64,000 bases of DNA. Source: a virus. A program made the position numbers and the translations under genes. The notes below the pieces were generated by a model. That model made no database searches. It worked only from the letters and a program-made list of their open reading frames with translations, and was not told the origin of the DNA. The stretch lies in the IMG/VR virus record IMGVR_UViG_3300045284_000065, positions 1 through 64,000 of that record, one strand, 5' to 3'. Every line of letters begins with the position of its first letter. Position 1 is the first letter of the stretch. Shown here in pieces: positions 63,410-64,000 of this stretch.

Positions 63410-63753
63410 CAGGTCACCGGCAACCTGAGGTATGCGCCCGGCATGATGTCCAGCGGGTACCAGATCTGCGGGTTCATCTCGGCCAGCACATGCCACTGGT
63501 TGGGGTCATCGAGGATCTTGAACCCGAGGAAGGGCAGGTTCTCCGTCTCCTTGGCGTAGTAGGCCGTTGTGGCCCCCGGGATATCTGGCTCGGTCGTGAC
63601 GCGGTACAGCGCCTCGCGCAGATCGATGCGGATATGCAGCGATGTCTTACCCACATCCCCGGACAGCAACGGGTAGCCCCGAGTGCTGTAGGAGTGGGAG
63701 AAGGTGGCCAATCGGTCAGCGACCTCGTAGCGGGAACCTGGGGGAACAGCCAT
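63409..63753 (-). CDS. LysM/gpX-like baseplate protein
   Basis: W..LAEMNPQI.YPLDI.PG..LRLP. Confidence 0.75.
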   Translation of the reverse strand: MAVPPGSRYEVADRLATFSHSYSTRGYPLLSGDVGKTSLHIRIDLREALYRVTTEPDIPGATTAYYAKETENLPFLGFKILDDPNQWHVLAEMNPQIWYPLDIMPGAYLRLPVT

Positions 63754-64000
63754 CAGTGCAACGGGGGGAGAGGAGTGTCGGGAGTGGTGTCGGTGAAGTG
63801 GCTGCCGTTCGTGGTGTACACCCGAACGCAGTAGTTGTACTGCAGGGAGTTGCCCGAGTAGGTGGAGATGGTGACATCCTGATCGTGCGAAGCGGCATGG
63901 AGGACCGAGAAGGAGTCAGTGGTCTTCGTCCAGAGGTAGGCCACATGGTTGGTCCCGGGTCGATCGGGGTGGTTATAGCGCATGAGGAGGTCGCCCCTGA
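63753..64000 (-). CDS. Hypothetical protein upstream of the baseplate genes (possibly truncated by window edge)
   Basis: TGATG coupling; start uncertain. Confidence 0.45.
   Translation of the reverse strand, partial: RGDLLMRYNHPDRPGTNHVAYLWTKTTDSFSVLHAASHDQDVTISTYSGNSLQYNYCVRVYTTNGSHFTDTTPDTPLPPLH

Overview
This window is 64 kb of a high-GC (roughly two-thirds GC, by eye) contractile-tailed dsDNA bacteriophage, almost entirely coded on the minus strand. Host is probably actinobacterial; this is inferred from GC, a leaderless promoter and gene content. Layout from left to right: (1) a very GC-rich palindromic end region and a tightly coupled operon of small early-type genes, including a SAM-dependent transferase, Ku and a MoxR/CobS-like AAA+ ATPase divergent from its CobT-like VWA partner; (2) a block of low-complexity and effector-like genes (TGT-like, HAD-like, ART-like, GNAT, LysM) with a holin-like gene and a two-catalytic-domain endolysin; (3) tail fibre and spike genes; (4) a replication/recombination module (SpoVS, RuvC, Cas4-like nuclease, HJ resolvase-like nuclease, RecA, family A DNA polymerase, SSB, MerR-like, C2H2 and RHH DNA-binding proteins, SNF2 helicase, primase, DnaB, HTH initiator-like); (5) baseplate genes. 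No capsid, portal, terminase, integrase, tRNA or CRISPR was seen. The most striking signal is non-genic: three independent, strongly over-represented DNA motifs are written on top of coding sequence, often forcing rare codons. They are a 14-bp palindrome SATA-N6-TATS (28 copies counted, about every 2-3 kb), a 29-bp oriented element repeated about every 1.1 kb through the left operon, and an oriented octamer GTTCCAAG (21 plus-strand copies in the first 27 kb, 8 of them within 370 bp). All counts are manual and need computational confirmation.
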